DNA of 62,545 bases, the filler included, from Choristocarpus tenellus KU-1152 (taxonomy: Eukaryota; Protista; Phaeophyceae), in assembly GCA_964200185.2 (NCBI GenBank). It is 7 parts of 7 records of this genome, joined end to end, with 100 filler letters (N's around TTAATTAATTAA, not from the genome) between each part and the next. Parts side by side here need not be neighbours in the genome. Positions count along the whole stretch, not along the records: positions 30,211 to 47,583 come from CAXNAD020000681.1; positions 47,684 to 52,736 come from CAXNAD020012029.1; 5 more parts are not named here. One strand, 5' to 3'. Below, in pieces: positions 34,901 to 49,297 of this stretch. The translations under genes and the position numbers were made by a program. Within the stretch, counting starts at the first letter, position 1, and each line of letters begins with the position of its first letter. Under the pieces are notes generated by a model, which did no database searches, had not been told where the DNA came from, and worked only from the letters and a program-made list of their open reading frames with translations.

Positions 34901-37900
34901 TGAGTGAGTCAGTCAACCTAGAGGTCATTTTACTGTGCCTACATAGCTATTCTTCTCAGGCTCTCTCTTTTGTACAGTTCCTCCTACCACTGTACATACA
35001 ATTGAAAGACCCGGTCGCAGTTCAACTGCACAGTACAACCAGACGCAATAACACCTTCATTTTATTTTTTCAAAACTTTCCAGCAACTGCCGTATAAACT
35101 GGATCAACCTCATTGGAATCGAGGAAGTTTGGATTATATCAGACCAGCCCGTGGACCAGACCTTCAAGATTTCTGAGCCTCTTGGGGCCAGATGTATCAA
35201 AATATGTTACGTAAGGCCAGCCCATTGTGATGACCTTTCGGAAAGATGTTGCACAGGGTCAGGTCAGGGACTGGAAATTTGAAATATCTCAGTAGCCTGG
35301 GACCACACCTATCAGGAACATACATCAATCCATTGCAAAGACCAGAGTTTTCAGATTATGCAGGCGTTGTAAAATGACATATAACGATATTTTTTTTAGA
35401 GTACCTCAGTTGACTTCAACATTTTGCGCCAATAATAATTCTTTGTTAGAAGTGATTGCACATAAGTATGTTGGGTGCAACTGTTAAGATCACTACTGAA
35501 GCGCTTAAAGTACTGGTCATGATTCTAGGATTCAGATATTTGCAGGGGTTGGCAATTCCCTTTCAGGTACAACCACTACACACTCAATGATTGTCAAGCA
35601 CACCATTGTGTTGAATCGCACACAGGAGTGGGATTGCTACTCTATTGGTTTCATGATTGTTGGATTTTTTGTATCGTATCCTAGCAAATTTCTTTTCCCT
35701 TTGACCATGTACATCATTCACACAAAGCTGCTGTACCTCTATGAAGATATGTGTGACACATACTTTTCAAGGAAGTATATTCCAGTCATTGTCCATGTCT
35801 ATAGATTTGACAGCGTGTCCCCCTCAGGACAATTTATTGAATCCTTTTACGGCTTAGAGTACACTTGTGCTGCTCAAGCAGTAGGTACCCTTCTAAGTTT
35901 CCAAGAGGCATACCAGACTGTGCATCTACCTGGACTTGGTTGGCAATGGATTGTATTCAAACATCAAGAATTTCTAGCCTGAAATATTTGAATTGGTCCC
36001 AATGGACTGGTTCTAAAGTGTAAATCCCTCCTAGCTATCCTCAATTACTAAGGAATTCAAGTCCTATATTGGTTGCTGATGGGAACGTGGTGATGGCTTA
36101 ATGTGTAGGGTTTCACCGTCAAACACATTGGGTCTGCCCCCCTCCCCACCATCTAGGGCACCAAGGATGATTATTTAAACTTTTGAGTGTAGACTCAGGA
36201 ATCATGAGTTTAGTCTCGGATCTACAGCAACACAAGAGTAGGTATATATTTGATGTGTAGAAATTAGATTCCTGGCTCCATGTGAATGAGGTCAAAGGTT
36301 TGAACCCCCCCATGAACGGTTTGGGTATACACAATCAGTAGAAGACATGAGTAGTAACAACTGTATGAATACCTGAAAAGGTTGAACTGGATCTTAAAGA
36401 GTTGATATTCTACTGGTTTATACTTTTATATGTGGCAATAGGAAGGAGGACAGATCCTGGTCAGTGCATCACACAGGTTTGGGAAAATGGAGAGATACGA
36501 TTTGAGACCTTCCACCTAATAGTTCTATTCTTTGTTGAACTCCTGAGACCTTGTGCCTGCCACAGTAGAGTGCTTAAATTAGTCAGATGCATCTTTGTTT
36601 TATGCAAATGTTGATATTGTTAGTAACAGCGTGTAAGATGCCGATAAGAGTGTGCACCATTGCTGTAACTAGTCACAAGTCATAGAGCTCTGATTAATTT
36701 AAGTTATTAATGCCTTGAGCTGAAAATGTCCTGAGACCAGGCATATAGAACATCACCAAATAGCATCATGCCAATAATTTCCCAGTACAGCATCATCTCC
36801 AATGTTGATGTTTTACAGGAAAATATAACTTTGGTCACCACAATACACTACTCTCCATGAGTGTGCATCTTACAGTAGTCTTAGTCTTTTTCCGGTGCCC
36901 TTTCTTCTCTGGCCAGACGGTTTCTTATTTTTGATATTTCCCATACCTCCCAATATCGAGATGCTCTTTCTCGCTCCCTGGGATTTGGGGGCCATACTTT
37001 TGTACTTTCCACCAGCAGAAGAGGATCACGAAAGTGGAAAGTATTGGTCTGTGTTTTTTAACCTTGGTTGTGAACACAACTTGTTGATTAACTCTTCTTT
37101 GATCATCACCCAGTGACTTACAGTACCTTAACAATGCTTGCCTAGATTGACACAGACCATAGTTGTATCCTTTTTATGCTCTTTGATTTGATTCCAAGTA
37201 CTGTAAGGTAATAGGCCTTGCTTTATTAAAACATCTTAAAAAAATTGGTAGGGACATTTCTGATCCGGATTGTCCCTTGTAGAATTTGGGTTGGGTTGGT
37301 AAAGCCTAATTTTATGCACTTTGTATGCACCATACTACCAATTAAGACGGCATCTCTACATCCTGTTGCGAACAGGGAATTAAGGTGTGAGTATGGTATG
37401 GGGTGTTGAGATGTGTCTTCAGTGCATGTTTCCTGTTTATCTACTTCTAATTTTGTCTACATTTGCTGGATTTGTTGATGTACCCCTCTATGTGTGTTAT
37501 TGGCTAGCATGACATATACTTTGTTCAGTGTTCGCCTCTTTTGTCTGCCGTCATGTTGGAAATCATGCCCTAAGTTGGAACTTTTTACTACAAGTGATGA
37601 CCAATTGCAATTGGGTCTTAGGAGCCCCCAAACATGTGCTCATGGTTGGGGTTACTTTGATATTTGGAGATACACGTTTCTGGATTGCTGCCATTTTAGA
37701 TTGGGTACTCTCCACAAGCATTTAGGGGCCACTGGCATCACCACATTTTCTCCTTGTACTACTGCTACTTGCACTATTTGATATTGTTGCCTTTTCAGGT
37801 TTAACACCATACTCAATGAAGCAGTTAAACAAGGTAGTACAGCAGGTGAAGCTGCAGCAGAGGAGGCATACAAGCTCATGACTCTCTGGGGTGTTGCACC

Positions 37901-40900
37901 TGACTGTTTCACAGTTAATTCCCAGATCAGTCATGCCATTAAAGGAGGGCAGGTTGTCAAGGCAATTGAATTGTTTGAGCTGGTCTTGGAAGGGGTGAGT
38001 AGGCATTTTAAGGTGGAGGGCCTGTTCAATTTCACTCTGTTGATGAAAGTATCATTGTAATGTTTGTTGTGTTTTGCAATTAAGGTTTGCAGACTAAGAC
38101 ACCGTTTTCATCTCAACCCCATGTGAAATAGGTAAGTGTTGCTCCATAGTCCATATTAGACATGTGCTGTTGCTATAGTCACCAAGACCATGAACATGTG
38201 CACGCTGATTCCCCTCAAACATTTTGTTAATTATTAATATACTCTTCTAGTGCTGTGCAGAGGGTATCAACTTATTTTTTGGAAAAAAGAAGTACCACAA
38301 GAATTTTTTATAATACAACTTTTGCGAAGGAATATTCATGTGGCTTCACTTACCAACTACTCTAAGTTCGTAAGTTCAATATTTATGAAAATCTGTTGTG
38401 ATTATCACTTCTCCCACCAGGTGCCTTCAATGTTTGCAGCGCTTTAGTTCTCAAGACCTAATAGTTCGAAGCATCCTCCTAGAAATTTGCTGAAGGTTGC
38501 TAGCTGTCTGGCCATATATATGTGTGGTTACTTTTGGTACAAGTGTTTTTTACTGATGGCACTTGTAATTGTCATTTTAGCATCTTGTCACATATTAAAT
38601 TTAAATACATCTTATTCCTACCTTACTTTGGCAGCTTCCTCGAATACCTTAAGCCAATATAGCCTCTGGTGCACCCAGGTTACCATCTGAGCTTTTGTTT
38701 CTGCCAAATAATATCTCAGGGAATAAGCGGTGTGCTTCCAGACATAATTACATTCAACACCGGCATATCAGCATACATGGCCAACCTAGAGGATGATAAG
38801 GCCATGTCTCTGCTTGATGAGATAAAGAGGAGGGATTTGGAGGCTAGAGCAGATACCTTCAACACAATTCTCACAGGACTGATTAAGGTTGGTGTGGATG
38901 CTTTATATCAAAATCTATTTCTGAAAATATTGCCGATATTTACTGCCTGCATGTTGTATTTTTGTTCTCTGACCGCTTACCCATTACTTCAACTCCCCAC
39001 CTCCCCCCAGATGGGCCAAACACAAAGAGCTCTGCAGATGTTCAATGATTACCTCCGATTTGATCAAGCAACCAAAACCAGCTCCATCAGACCATCTACT
39101 GTGACATACAACCTGGTGAGCGCTACTGTGATACATCATGCATTTTTATGGAGCATATCTTGGTATTGTTTTAGAGGCACATCTACACTTCACCAGACTG
39201 AAGGCTAATCATGCAATTAATTCTACATGAGCAATGGAAACACCCTGCAAAAACAATGTTTTTTTACACAATGTAGTCTCTTTGACAGCATTGACTGTAT
39301 TTTGCGAGTGACAAGGTTCATTTTTGGTAAGGGATGATACTTTTGAAAGGTAATTGGTAATATCAAGAACCAGTGGAATATCAAGGTCTGGGCCACGTAT
39401 TGGAATTATGACCTAATTTCATGAACCATACAAAGATGGAGTAGGGGGATTCTGTCATCTGATGTGATTACCTTGCCACAAGGTCATCCCAAAGAGTTAC
39501 ATGCATAAAGTAACAGACTTGTGGGACAGAGGGGGTATAATATCAGTAACACAAAAGGTGAGTAGCCTATGTTCAACATGGTCCAGACCTTCCTATATTT
39601 TTTCAAATATAACTCATCTTACGCAATATTTCCTGAGGAATCCAATGCAAAAATCCGTTTTGAAATCGGAGGTCATACCGAAGAGGTACTTACATAAAGG
39701 AACAGACTTATGGGACAGAGGGAGTATTGGAATATAACTGATAATTTTCTCATATATGTATTTATTCTTGTTTGACCCTGGAATTGTGGCATCAGGTTCC
39801 TCTGATGAAGGTTGAGTATTTTTTTGGTTGTGAGTTCTTACTATTTCTGATATTAAAAGAGTTTTCAGACAGTTTGCTACAGTTGAAGCTTTCGTTGAAT
39901 ACATAATTTTGCTGTCCTGCTGTTTGTTTTGTTGTTTAGACATGTCTTCTTTTTATACCTCAATTTTTTTAGTGTAATACAATATAATACTTCCCTCCCT
40001 CACCGTCGTTGCTTGCAAAGTGTGGAGAACGTAACGTGAGCAGTGATAGAATAAGACATACATCAAATCGGGAAAATATTTCACATTTTTTTACAAGCTC
40101 CCCCCAACTTGGAGAGATTCTGCCCAGATGTGGAAGGAAAGTTGAGGTTTACTGCCATCCTTCCAAGCTTACCTTACAAGAATCAACTAAAGTAGAAGTA
40201 TAGAGATGTATTTCATCTGCCACTTGAAGACACGTTCAACATTTGGACCAACTACATGTCGATTAATATGTGTGTGCATTACAACACTGTAGGGCATTTA
40301 ATATAGGCTCTGAATCACCCCTCTGCAACCTTTGGGACCATATTTGAGCTCGAACCTTGATGTCACAAAATTGAATTTGTTTGAACTTTATGACAATGTT
40401 AGGGGTAAGATCATGCATCCTCTCCATCACTTCCATTGTTTGTAAACTTGCTATGTTAGTCAAATGGTTTTGTGAGGAGACTACAAACCAAATCAAAATG
40501 TTTAATTTTACTGGTTATTATATAAAAAATGCACACCCATCCAAAGTAAGGCGCCAAAGAAGTGTGTGCTGCGTGGATTGTAACCAAGCGCACAATGCAT
40601 ATTTGTGCAGAAAATAGCCAAGTTTGATCCTGTTCTCAACTACCAAATCGAATGAACTGGTACAATTAAAAAACTACGCTATATATTGTATACGACAATT
40701 GAGTTGTTGTCCTTGGGTGTAACTAACTGTTTTCAAACTATCCCACAAATCCAGTCTTTAGTATCTGGGAATTTTGATTTGACAAAATAGTAAGAGATGC
40801 AGAATGTTTGAGTATTGCTGAACCTGGAAGTGGCAAAATGAAGATTTGGTGCATTACTGAATACAGATTTGCACTCACCAAGTTCAACATCAAAATATGC

Positions 40901-43900
40901 ATATTATCTTCTTCCAGTGTTGAAGTTAGTCAAGCACCACACTAAGTATTGCAGTGCACAACCCAGACAGGTTTTTTCATTTTTCCTCAGACCATTGTTT
41001 TGTAAGGTAAGGAGAGTGAGTTGGATACCTCTTTCTGTGCTACAATTTGTGTAATTTTTGATACTTCATTTTTTGGACTTTAGTATGAGGCAAGGAATCT
41101 AGCCCAACTTGAGGCTCAACACATTTGTCACAAACTACTACTATTGCAACTAACTTTGCACTACCACTAGCTATACTCTGTGTACTTGCCATGCTTCTTA
41201 TGTGTTGGATTCAGTCATCCCACCACCTGTTCCTCCTCCTCCTACCTCAGATCTTGTGCTGTATTCACCTTTCTGGAAAATAACCATGCCACCAAGTTTC
41301 AGTTTTTTTGCATTTTATCGTTTGGAAATAAGTGGCATAGTACAGGCGTATAATTTGTTGTGCTTGGCACGTGGTCGGTTGAAACCAGCATTGCCTGGAA
41401 ATGTTTTTGGCAACGACTGGTTTCAGACCATTGCATTCCTTTGGAAGAAGCTTAGTTATTTTCAGCAATTCACCAACAACCTATGAGTATACTCATACCT
41501 CCCAAGGAGTTACTTTTATTGGAGGCATGAGGGCACTGTATCATTTAGTGCTTCCTCCTGAGTGGAAGGAAACCTTTTGTCCCATTGTCGGTTTTTCTGC
41601 CTACCTCTTTGTAAGCAGGTGCTGGAGGCACTTCGTCTTGACGGCACCAAAGGCAACAAAGCTGAGGCAGAACTAATTTTCAAGGAAATGGAAACTCGGG
41701 GTGTCAAGCCAGACAGGTGAGGCTTGCGTTTTGGAGTGGACAGAGTGACAGATAGTTAGAACCATGCCTTGCTAATTTTTTTAAAGCGTGACTCTTCAAA
41801 TTGCCATGTGTATTTATTGGAATCCCTGGGATGAGTGAAGTAGGAAAAACTCCTGAGACCATGAGTTAAATGGAATTTTCCATTGGAAGTTGCGCATAGG
41901 TGGTACTGGTGCCATTTTGTGTGTATATCATCTCTAAGTGTGAATTTTACTAATGACAATGGTGCCTGACTTGGCAGATCTTGAATGCCTTCCGTTTTTT
42001 CTGTGATGTCTCTAATTCTGTGATATTTTTTTTTGTTGTTGACTTCTCTTGTTCTTGGTTTCCAGTGTCACACTTGGTACAATGGTCCGCCAACAGGGCA
42101 ATGCGGAAAATGTGTACAAGTTGATGCGCAAGGCAATCTCATTGCGGTTGCCACCCTCAAGAACGTTCCTGAATAGCTGCATCCGTGCACTGGGGGACCA
42201 TGGAGACCTGTATGGAGCATGTCGAATATTGGACTACCTTCAGTATGCAGGCAGCATAAATCCTGATGTTGTTTCATACAACTCACTGATGTATGCATTG
42301 GTTCAAGATCCATGGGTGACACAGGTGACTTGAATGTGACATCATGCTTGTTACAGAAAAGGCATGTTCTTACCTGCAAGAGGATTAGAGTGCACCAGTA
42401 TGGTCTCATTGTTCCTGTTCATGCTTTAAGGAGAGTGTCATCCATCCTCTTGAGGAAACTCTTGAGTGGTAGAAATATTTCCAGAAGCATTATCCCTCAA
42501 AAACATGTGCTTCACATTTGTTGTGGGTGCCTTATTGTCCTTTTAGGTGTTCAACATGTTCTTTATCTTGAAGGTCGTAGAACACCCAATGTGTACCTTT
42601 TCTTGTAGACTAACACTTTAATGGTGGTACTTACCACCTGTTATCCATTTTGCTCACATTTCTGATGTGATTCAGACTAGTTTGTGGGTGTAAAGGTGCC
42701 AAAACATTTTAGTTGTGTGTATGGTGGTGTGAGGTTGTCCACAATTGAAAGCTATCATCTTGATAATGAAGTCATCATTTCAAATAAAAATAAAAGTACT
42801 TGATTCAAATCAAATGCTGGAGCCAAAAATACTTGATTTAGACCTCCCAAAGTGTCCACCAGTTACATGGACTTTAATGTGAGTAAGAATTCAATAACCC
42901 CAATTCTCTTTTTTGATTTAATCGAGCACTCTTGGGTAGACCTTACGAAATGTTCACTGCGTTTGAAATCATGACACTGCACTGGTATTGCTTTCTGTTT
43001 TACCCCCTTTTTTGGAGAACTTATAATTCAGTGCATCAGAAAATATTGGTCTGGACTACTGTTGGTAGTCGGATTTGATGAGATTTTTGTGCTTCAACTT
43101 TTTATCTGTTGCAAATTTGAGGTGCAACTAGGGGCTTTATTATTCCTCACAACCAGGGTCATAATTGTAATAACTTAAGAGGTGTTGACTCATTTTAGGT
43201 ATCATGTTATGCTCCACCAAAGGACAGAAGCTGAACATCTTACTGCATCGATAGCCTATGTATCATTATACAATAGACTATGAATTTAGAATATTGAGCA
43301 TAGTGGGTAACGTTGTTCAGTTCCTTTAAGTATTTTGATGCCTATTGTTTGTCATTGACAGAACAATTGTTGACTTGTGAACCTTCTTACAAGGTATAGA
43401 TAATTGTATTGTACTTTTGAATGGTTGAACATGCATGTGGCCTTTGACCATTGGTGGTAGAAAACGGTTTGTGACTGTTACACAATGCATCATCCAGATA
43501 AATGAATTTTCGTACAACTTTGTAGGTAATTGAAGGTGAAAGTGGAAATGAACCATTCACACCAATATATGCAACAGCTAATATGGGTGACCCTACAGAG
43601 ACTCCTCAGGGGGAGGACAGCAGTCAAGGTGCACACATCAAAGGTAAACCTGTCGATAAAAAATGTAGTGTGCACATCAAGCTCATGCAAGTTTGATCTG
43701 CCATGAATTGTGTAGGTATCTATAGTGCATTGTGTTGCCCATACACTTCATCCCAACTTCAAAAAACCTGTGTGTTTATTGAATTAATTATTGGCATAGA
43801 TATAACCAGTTCTATATCCTGATGCACTGATTTTGTGATCAAATTGCTGACTCTACTTTGCCTTGTGCATGTACTCCATTTTAGTTGATTGAACAGTAGG

Positions 43901-46665
43901 TGCAATGGGATATGTAGACCAACCGAAAGACTCCCTTCGTCACAAATTCAGGTGAAACTGTGGCCTCCCTCACAGGCATGACAGGGGCTCAAGCAGCCAT
44001 GCTTTTGTTGGACAAGATGAAGACACTTGATAGTAAAAGCTATCCAGACACCTTCTCTTATACAACTGTGATGTATGGGGTTTTGCGTGCTGATGTAAGA
44101 TTTCCAGTTGTGGAAATACCCGAGAGTTGGGACTAACGTGTTAAATACTGGGACAAGCGGTTTTTGTATCCCCCTGTTGAAATCTCAACCCACAAATACA
44201 TTCCTTTTCAACACGAACATGCCTTGTTTGCAACTGTGGGTTCTTTGCTGATTTATTGTGACCAATCATTTCTTGAGCACTGTGCTTTCTTTTTTTTGAT
44301 GACATTGCTAGTAGTATTATGATTGGAAAGAGCTTACATAAAGTCATAACACCACTTTAAATGAACTGCCATTCCTTCTTTAGGCTGCTGGTGTCCAGTA
44401 TAGGGTAAGGCCTTACTATATTACCAGGACTCTAGAGAGCAATGGCAAAAGGATTAGGCAGGCAGGAAGGGAACCTCCATGTAAAGAAACCTGCAAGGCC
44501 TTGTTTGAAGATGCAAGATCAAGAGGTGTTCAAATTAATGGCATGCTCATCAATGTTATCATGATGGGTTTTGGGGATGACATCGAGGTAAACACGACCT
44601 GATAATACGTTTGTTTATGTATCGGTTGTACATTCTATCTCTCACCGTCTATCCTCAATCAAGCCAACACTTCTCTGCAAATTATTTGAAGCAATACATA
44701 CTGAATGTTGAAGCACAAATTTCTTTCTGGGCCTACAGGTCTTGGTCTTGCAGACTGCTACGTAACTCACTTTAATTGAGCAATATGATGCACCAAATTG
44801 TGTCAGGCAATGCATGAACGAAGTATGGATACATTGGCTCCTCCTTAGTCGATACAGTTGGTACAGGTAACACCTGATCACAGTCTGATTGCTGTTGCAA
44901 CAGTGGTGTAAGCTGTTGGCACTAGGTTAGGGTTTTGTAGCGGCATGAACAATATATACATTTATGGTAGTTTTCAACAGTACAATGACAAGCACATGGT
45001 CTTAATGGTATACTGCGGTAAAGAAATCTGCAGTGCAATGGTGGCGGCTCCTGTAAACATACATTTACATTGTGTTGCTAAACTGCCATGAACTACTATT
45101 CCATACCCAATCTAGACTTTGAATCAACAAAAGATGAGATGAAAAAGAGGAAAAGTAGCTCTAGAGGAAGGAACAGAATGAGGCATCGTAAGGGGGTGAA
45201 GGTGCAGAAGGATTTACTGGTTGAACTCATCTGTGCAACACCCTCTCTTTCTGTGTTTTTCAACAGGGTGCAGTTGCCTTCTGGAAGCGTCACGTGCGCC
45301 AAGCTTTAACAGTTAAGGGAATACCAGACCAACAGGGAGGACGCTTCACATCGGAGAGAAAAACCTTGTTGAAACAACTCCAGAAGGACCTTTTTGCAGC
45401 ATACACTGGACTGGTGCATGTGTGAGTTGTTGGTGGTCGAACTAGCAGTATGACCTATTTTCATTCTCCATTTAATATCCTCTTGATATTTTTGTGTAAC
45501 CTCAAAGTAGGGTTTGCTCACTGCTGGTCCAAGATTGTTTAAAGTCTGTTTTAGATATATTTCTTAGTGTAAGAATACCTTCACCATCAGAAAAGATTCA
45601 TGGCCCTGTGCTGACTTTGAATATTTTCTGCAACAGATGTGGTCGAGCAAGAAGGGCAGATGTTGCTGTAAAAATTGTGTATGCAATGCGCAGAGATGGA
45701 CTTACTCCTACATCAGTCCAGTCTAACACATACTTCAAGGCAAAAGAGGTGGGCAAGTTAATTCAAGATATATTGATACTTCAGTGTGCCAACATGCTTC
45801 ACAAACCAACTTCTTAGCACAAATGTGACAGATCCTTAGTTAAACATAAGGGATGAAACAGTGGGGATTAGAGTGTTCCTCTTGAATCCCCAGCTCTAAG
45901 GGTGGACTGGTTCCAACAAAATTTGGCTTTTGGTTGATTAACAAATAGCAATTGTTTTGGGTAGGTAGGCCATATGAACAGACTTACTAGATTGTGATTG
46001 TAACTTTACACATCACTGGCAAAGGCTGTCGAGGACACATGTTTGCATTGCAAGAACCAAAAAATGTTCAGTCCCTTCACATCATAGTGGTTCGAGTTTT
46101 TTTCTGGGTGGGGAGTGTATTCATCTTTGTCATTGCATAAGAACAGCTATGCAGCTTTGCACATGTGCTACTCCCACAACACTCAAGGGATCATCTCAAT
46201 CCAGAGGTAGATACTCAGAAGCTAGAAAAAAAATCTTACAAATTCGAAACTATGTGCATGGAGGTAATGTATCCGTTTGGCAAATTTTGTTCATGAAAGG
46301 GACTTGTCGTCAAAACGAGCCTCCCTTCCGAGGACCTGCGCAAATCAAGTAGTTGCTAACTTAGACTTGGATATTTTTAGAGAGTATTGAATTCTGGTTA
46401 CATAATTCTTTTGCAATACTCTCTGTTCCAGGGGATGATAGACTAATCTCACCCCTCTCCTCTATGCACACAGGACACGGAGCGAGTATTAGACGGAGAT
46501 GGGAAGGGAAACAATTTCTCCATGTCAGCGATACTGCGGGGACAAATGGAGAGTTTACTGGAAGTCGAATGTGGTCTATCCGAGTACTCTGCACCGATGA
46601 ACTTGCCAATAGAGAAAATTCGTATACGTTTAAAAGGTAGTAAGAATGGCGATAAGCGTGGGTAA
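31916..46665 (+). CDS. Pentatricopeptide-repeat (PPR) protein, probably plastid-targeted, 13 exons
   Basis: Phase-consistent GT-AG exons: 31916-32533, 32936-33109, 33916-33992, 37799-37994, 38720-38887, 39011-39115, 41619-41716, 42066-42324, 43918-44094, 44384-44587, 45267-45421, 45637-45748, 46474-46665. PPR motifs include GIRPDTCTFNTIL, GVLPDIITFNTGI, INPDVVSYNSLM and PDTFSYTTVM. The N-terminus MILSAFLTLSPLPSSAS-F looks like a signal peptide plus Phe. Confidence 0.9.
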
Positions 46666-46699
46666 TCCCTCCTATTGGGTGAGTGAGCTCATCAATATC

Positions 46700-47107
46700 C
46701 TAGCCTCCGAGCATCCATTTGATCATCTTTTTCTGCTTGCCATCCACAAGTCGCGTCTGTCCCAGCTGCTGCAACTTTGACCTCGGTTTTGGACCTGTAC
46801 CGTGCCGCATTCCAGCCTGTCCTCGCTTGACATTACCCGAGCTGGTAAGGCGGAATCGTTTCTTGGCCGAAGAACGCTGTAACCAAGGGAGAGGGAGAGG
46901 GAGGTTGGCCACATGATTATTGAGAGGAAACTAAAGTGAAATACGCCCCTACTCTACTTATTCTCAACACCAACCTACCGTCTTGTTTCCTCTGGAGAGT
47001 ATTCCTCCTCCTATCCATGGATTCAGCTGCGATGTGACCTTGCAAAGAGTGATGGCAAAGGGGTGAAGGAGAGATGAGCTCTGATAGGAGAGTGCATGTC
47101 TCCACAT
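46700..47107 (-). CDS. rpmI: Organellar (likely mitochondrial) ribosomal protein bL35
   Basis: Exon 1 47107-46979 (MWRHALS...GNKT, presequence-like); exon 2 46876-46700 (RSSAKKRFRLTSSGNVKRGQAGMRHGTGPKPRSKLQQL...). The splice gives KTRSSAKKRF, the L35 signature. Confidence 0.9.
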
Positions 47108-47485
47108 GAAGTCAAACTTTTCCTGGTCAGTTCTATACCTTCCATGACTTGCAGGTTCGAAGGAAGGTGTTCGAAAAAGCGAACATTTGATATCGTAACA
47201 ACAATCCGTCACCCAGTGAGGGAAGAAAAATGTTGATGGTGAAGAGGTTATCGTCCCTTCAGGTTGGTAGGACTACCCTAGTCAATGATTTAACAACTGT
47301 ACTTAGAACATACCCTCATTTTCGTCCGAACAAAGTACCAAGGTCTTACATTGGACTGGTAGTACTTGTCTGTACCAGCGCTTCTATATTCAACTATTTT
47401 ACACCTCAATTAAAACACATCCTCATTTTTATCTGAACAAAATACCACGGTCTTACATTGGACCGTTAGTACGCGTACGGACCAG

Positions 47486-47583
47486 TTCCAGATTGAACTG
47501 GGTTGGGTTCCAGATTGAACTGGGTTGGGTTCCAGATTGAACTGGGTTGGGTTCCAGATTGAACTGGGTTGGGTTCCAGATTG
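47486..47583. repeat. 22-bp minisatellite (TTCCAGATTGAACTGGGTTGGG)n running into a gap
   Basis: About 4.5 exact copies, ending at the N gap. Confidence 0.95.
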
Positions 47584-47978
47584 NNNNNNNNNNNNNNNNN
47601 NNNNNNNNNNNNNNNNNNNNNNNNNNNTTAATTAATTAANNNNNNNNNNNNNNNNNNNNNNNNNNNNNNNNNNNNNNNNNNNNAAAAAAAAGAGTTGTTT
47701 GACCGAAACGGACGCCCCCTCACAAACCACCACCACCACCCCAGATACTTTGACCCGATTTTTGTTTTCCTGGATGACTCTAGGTGGCCCTATTGCAGCG
47801 TCTCTCTATATATACAATATGTATGTGACACCCTCTCGGTTACGACAGGTCTTAACAATTACGTGAATGCGTTGCAACTATAGATTCATTGTATTTTTAT
47901 ATTCCGTACCTCTTAATGAGCCTTTGGTCAGCCTCAAACTTTGCTTTCTGCTTGCCCCACTTGTCTCATTTTTCCACA

Positions 47979-48959
47979 ATGGTGATAGCTGCAAAGATCA
48001 TCAACCTGAAACCTTCAACATCTGACAGCCAAGCCCTGGAGAAGATTCGTAAAATGTTTGTGCGTGAGGTGGATGCCATGGTAAGGCTACGATCAGAGCA
48101 CACAGTGAAAATCTTTGGATCGATCACATCCACACCAGGGAGACTCATCCTAGTGATGGAGCTCATGGAAGGGGGGGACTTGCGGGAGTTTCTGGCTAAG
48201 GATGTGACACCTCTTGAGACACCTGTGGCTCTGGCACTTGTACAAGATGTGGCCAAGGGCTTGGACTTCTTGCACTCTAATGGTGTTGTCCATGGTGACA
48301 TCAAGTCGCCCAATATATTGCTGACGAGTGGTCATAGAGCTAAGGTCAGCAACAAGCCGTAAATTACACTTGAGTAGATGATGCCATGTGTCGAATTTTT
48401 CCAGTAGTGTTGCGTGCACTCAACCTACTTGTTTGAGCAATATGTCCGCCATTTTTGTAGGTGTTTCATTTTCTCTCCATTGTGAGTTCTCAACCCTCTT
48501 TTGTTGATGCCTGTGAAGTACCACCGCTATTCACAGCCCTAAACAATGGAAGTTCTCTCCTTCCTTCCAATATTGTTGCTTCCTGCAAACCAGATCTCCG
48601 ACCTGGGCTCTGCCCAAATGACTGAGGAAATGACGACCTTGGTTGCTGATGGTGCAAATGGAGCAATATCCAGCACGACCCTCAAATGGGCTGCACCTGA
48701 AGTGCTTAATGACGAGCAGATAAACTTTATGAGTGATATCTACAGCTTTGGTATTGTGGTGTGGGAAGTTATTACCAGGCAGCTCCCATGGGCTGAAACC
48801 ACAGCTAAGGAGCTCATAGTGAGGGTGTGCACCGGGAAGCGTCCACCTGTCCCTGAGAGTGCTACATTGACCCTTCGCTCCGTTATGGAAAAGTGCTGGG
48901 TAGACTTGCCAGATGCTAGGCCCAGTTCAGGGGAAATTCTGTGCTTGCTTGATGTGTAG
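47979..48959 (+). CDS. TKL-group Ser/Thr protein kinase (catalytic domain lacking subdomain I in this contig)
   Basis: Exons ~47979-48344 (IAAK, REVDAM, MELMEGGDL, HGDIKSPNIL) and 48594-48959 (ISDLG, WAAPE, SDIYSFGIVVWE, CW...RP), joined by a phase-0 GT-AG intron. Confidence 0.88.
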
Positions 48960-49120
48960 TTCAAACCATTGAATTGCCTGTGGCTAATGATGCTTGCATG
49001 GAATGGAATCAGCCCTACTGTAGCCGACAAGCTCTAGGCACTTGTGTATTGACAATCGCATGATTTGGTGATAAACATAGATCCTTTTTTACTTGGAATG
49101 TCCGATCGTTGATGAGGATT

Positions 49121-49297
49121 TGACCCAAAGTATCTGGTAGGGGGGGGGGTCTACACCAGGGTGTCCATTTGGGGCAAAATCGATAAAGTGCATTTACATT
49201 ATCCATCCGACATATGCAACCAAATCACCCAAAAGTCGCGATATGAAAAGATTGACCCCAAATGGACAGCCGCCACCCCCTCCCGGATACTTTGATC
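49121..49297 (+). mobile_element. MITE family B copy
   Basis: CAAAGTATCTGG...CCGGATACTTTG termini with the conserved internal sequence. Confidence 0.8.

Noticed and set aside
40180-40620. Possible hAT/piggyBac transposase scraps (VERVF; CxxC..LC)
   Set aside because: Motifs are too short and lie on different strands; not supportable.
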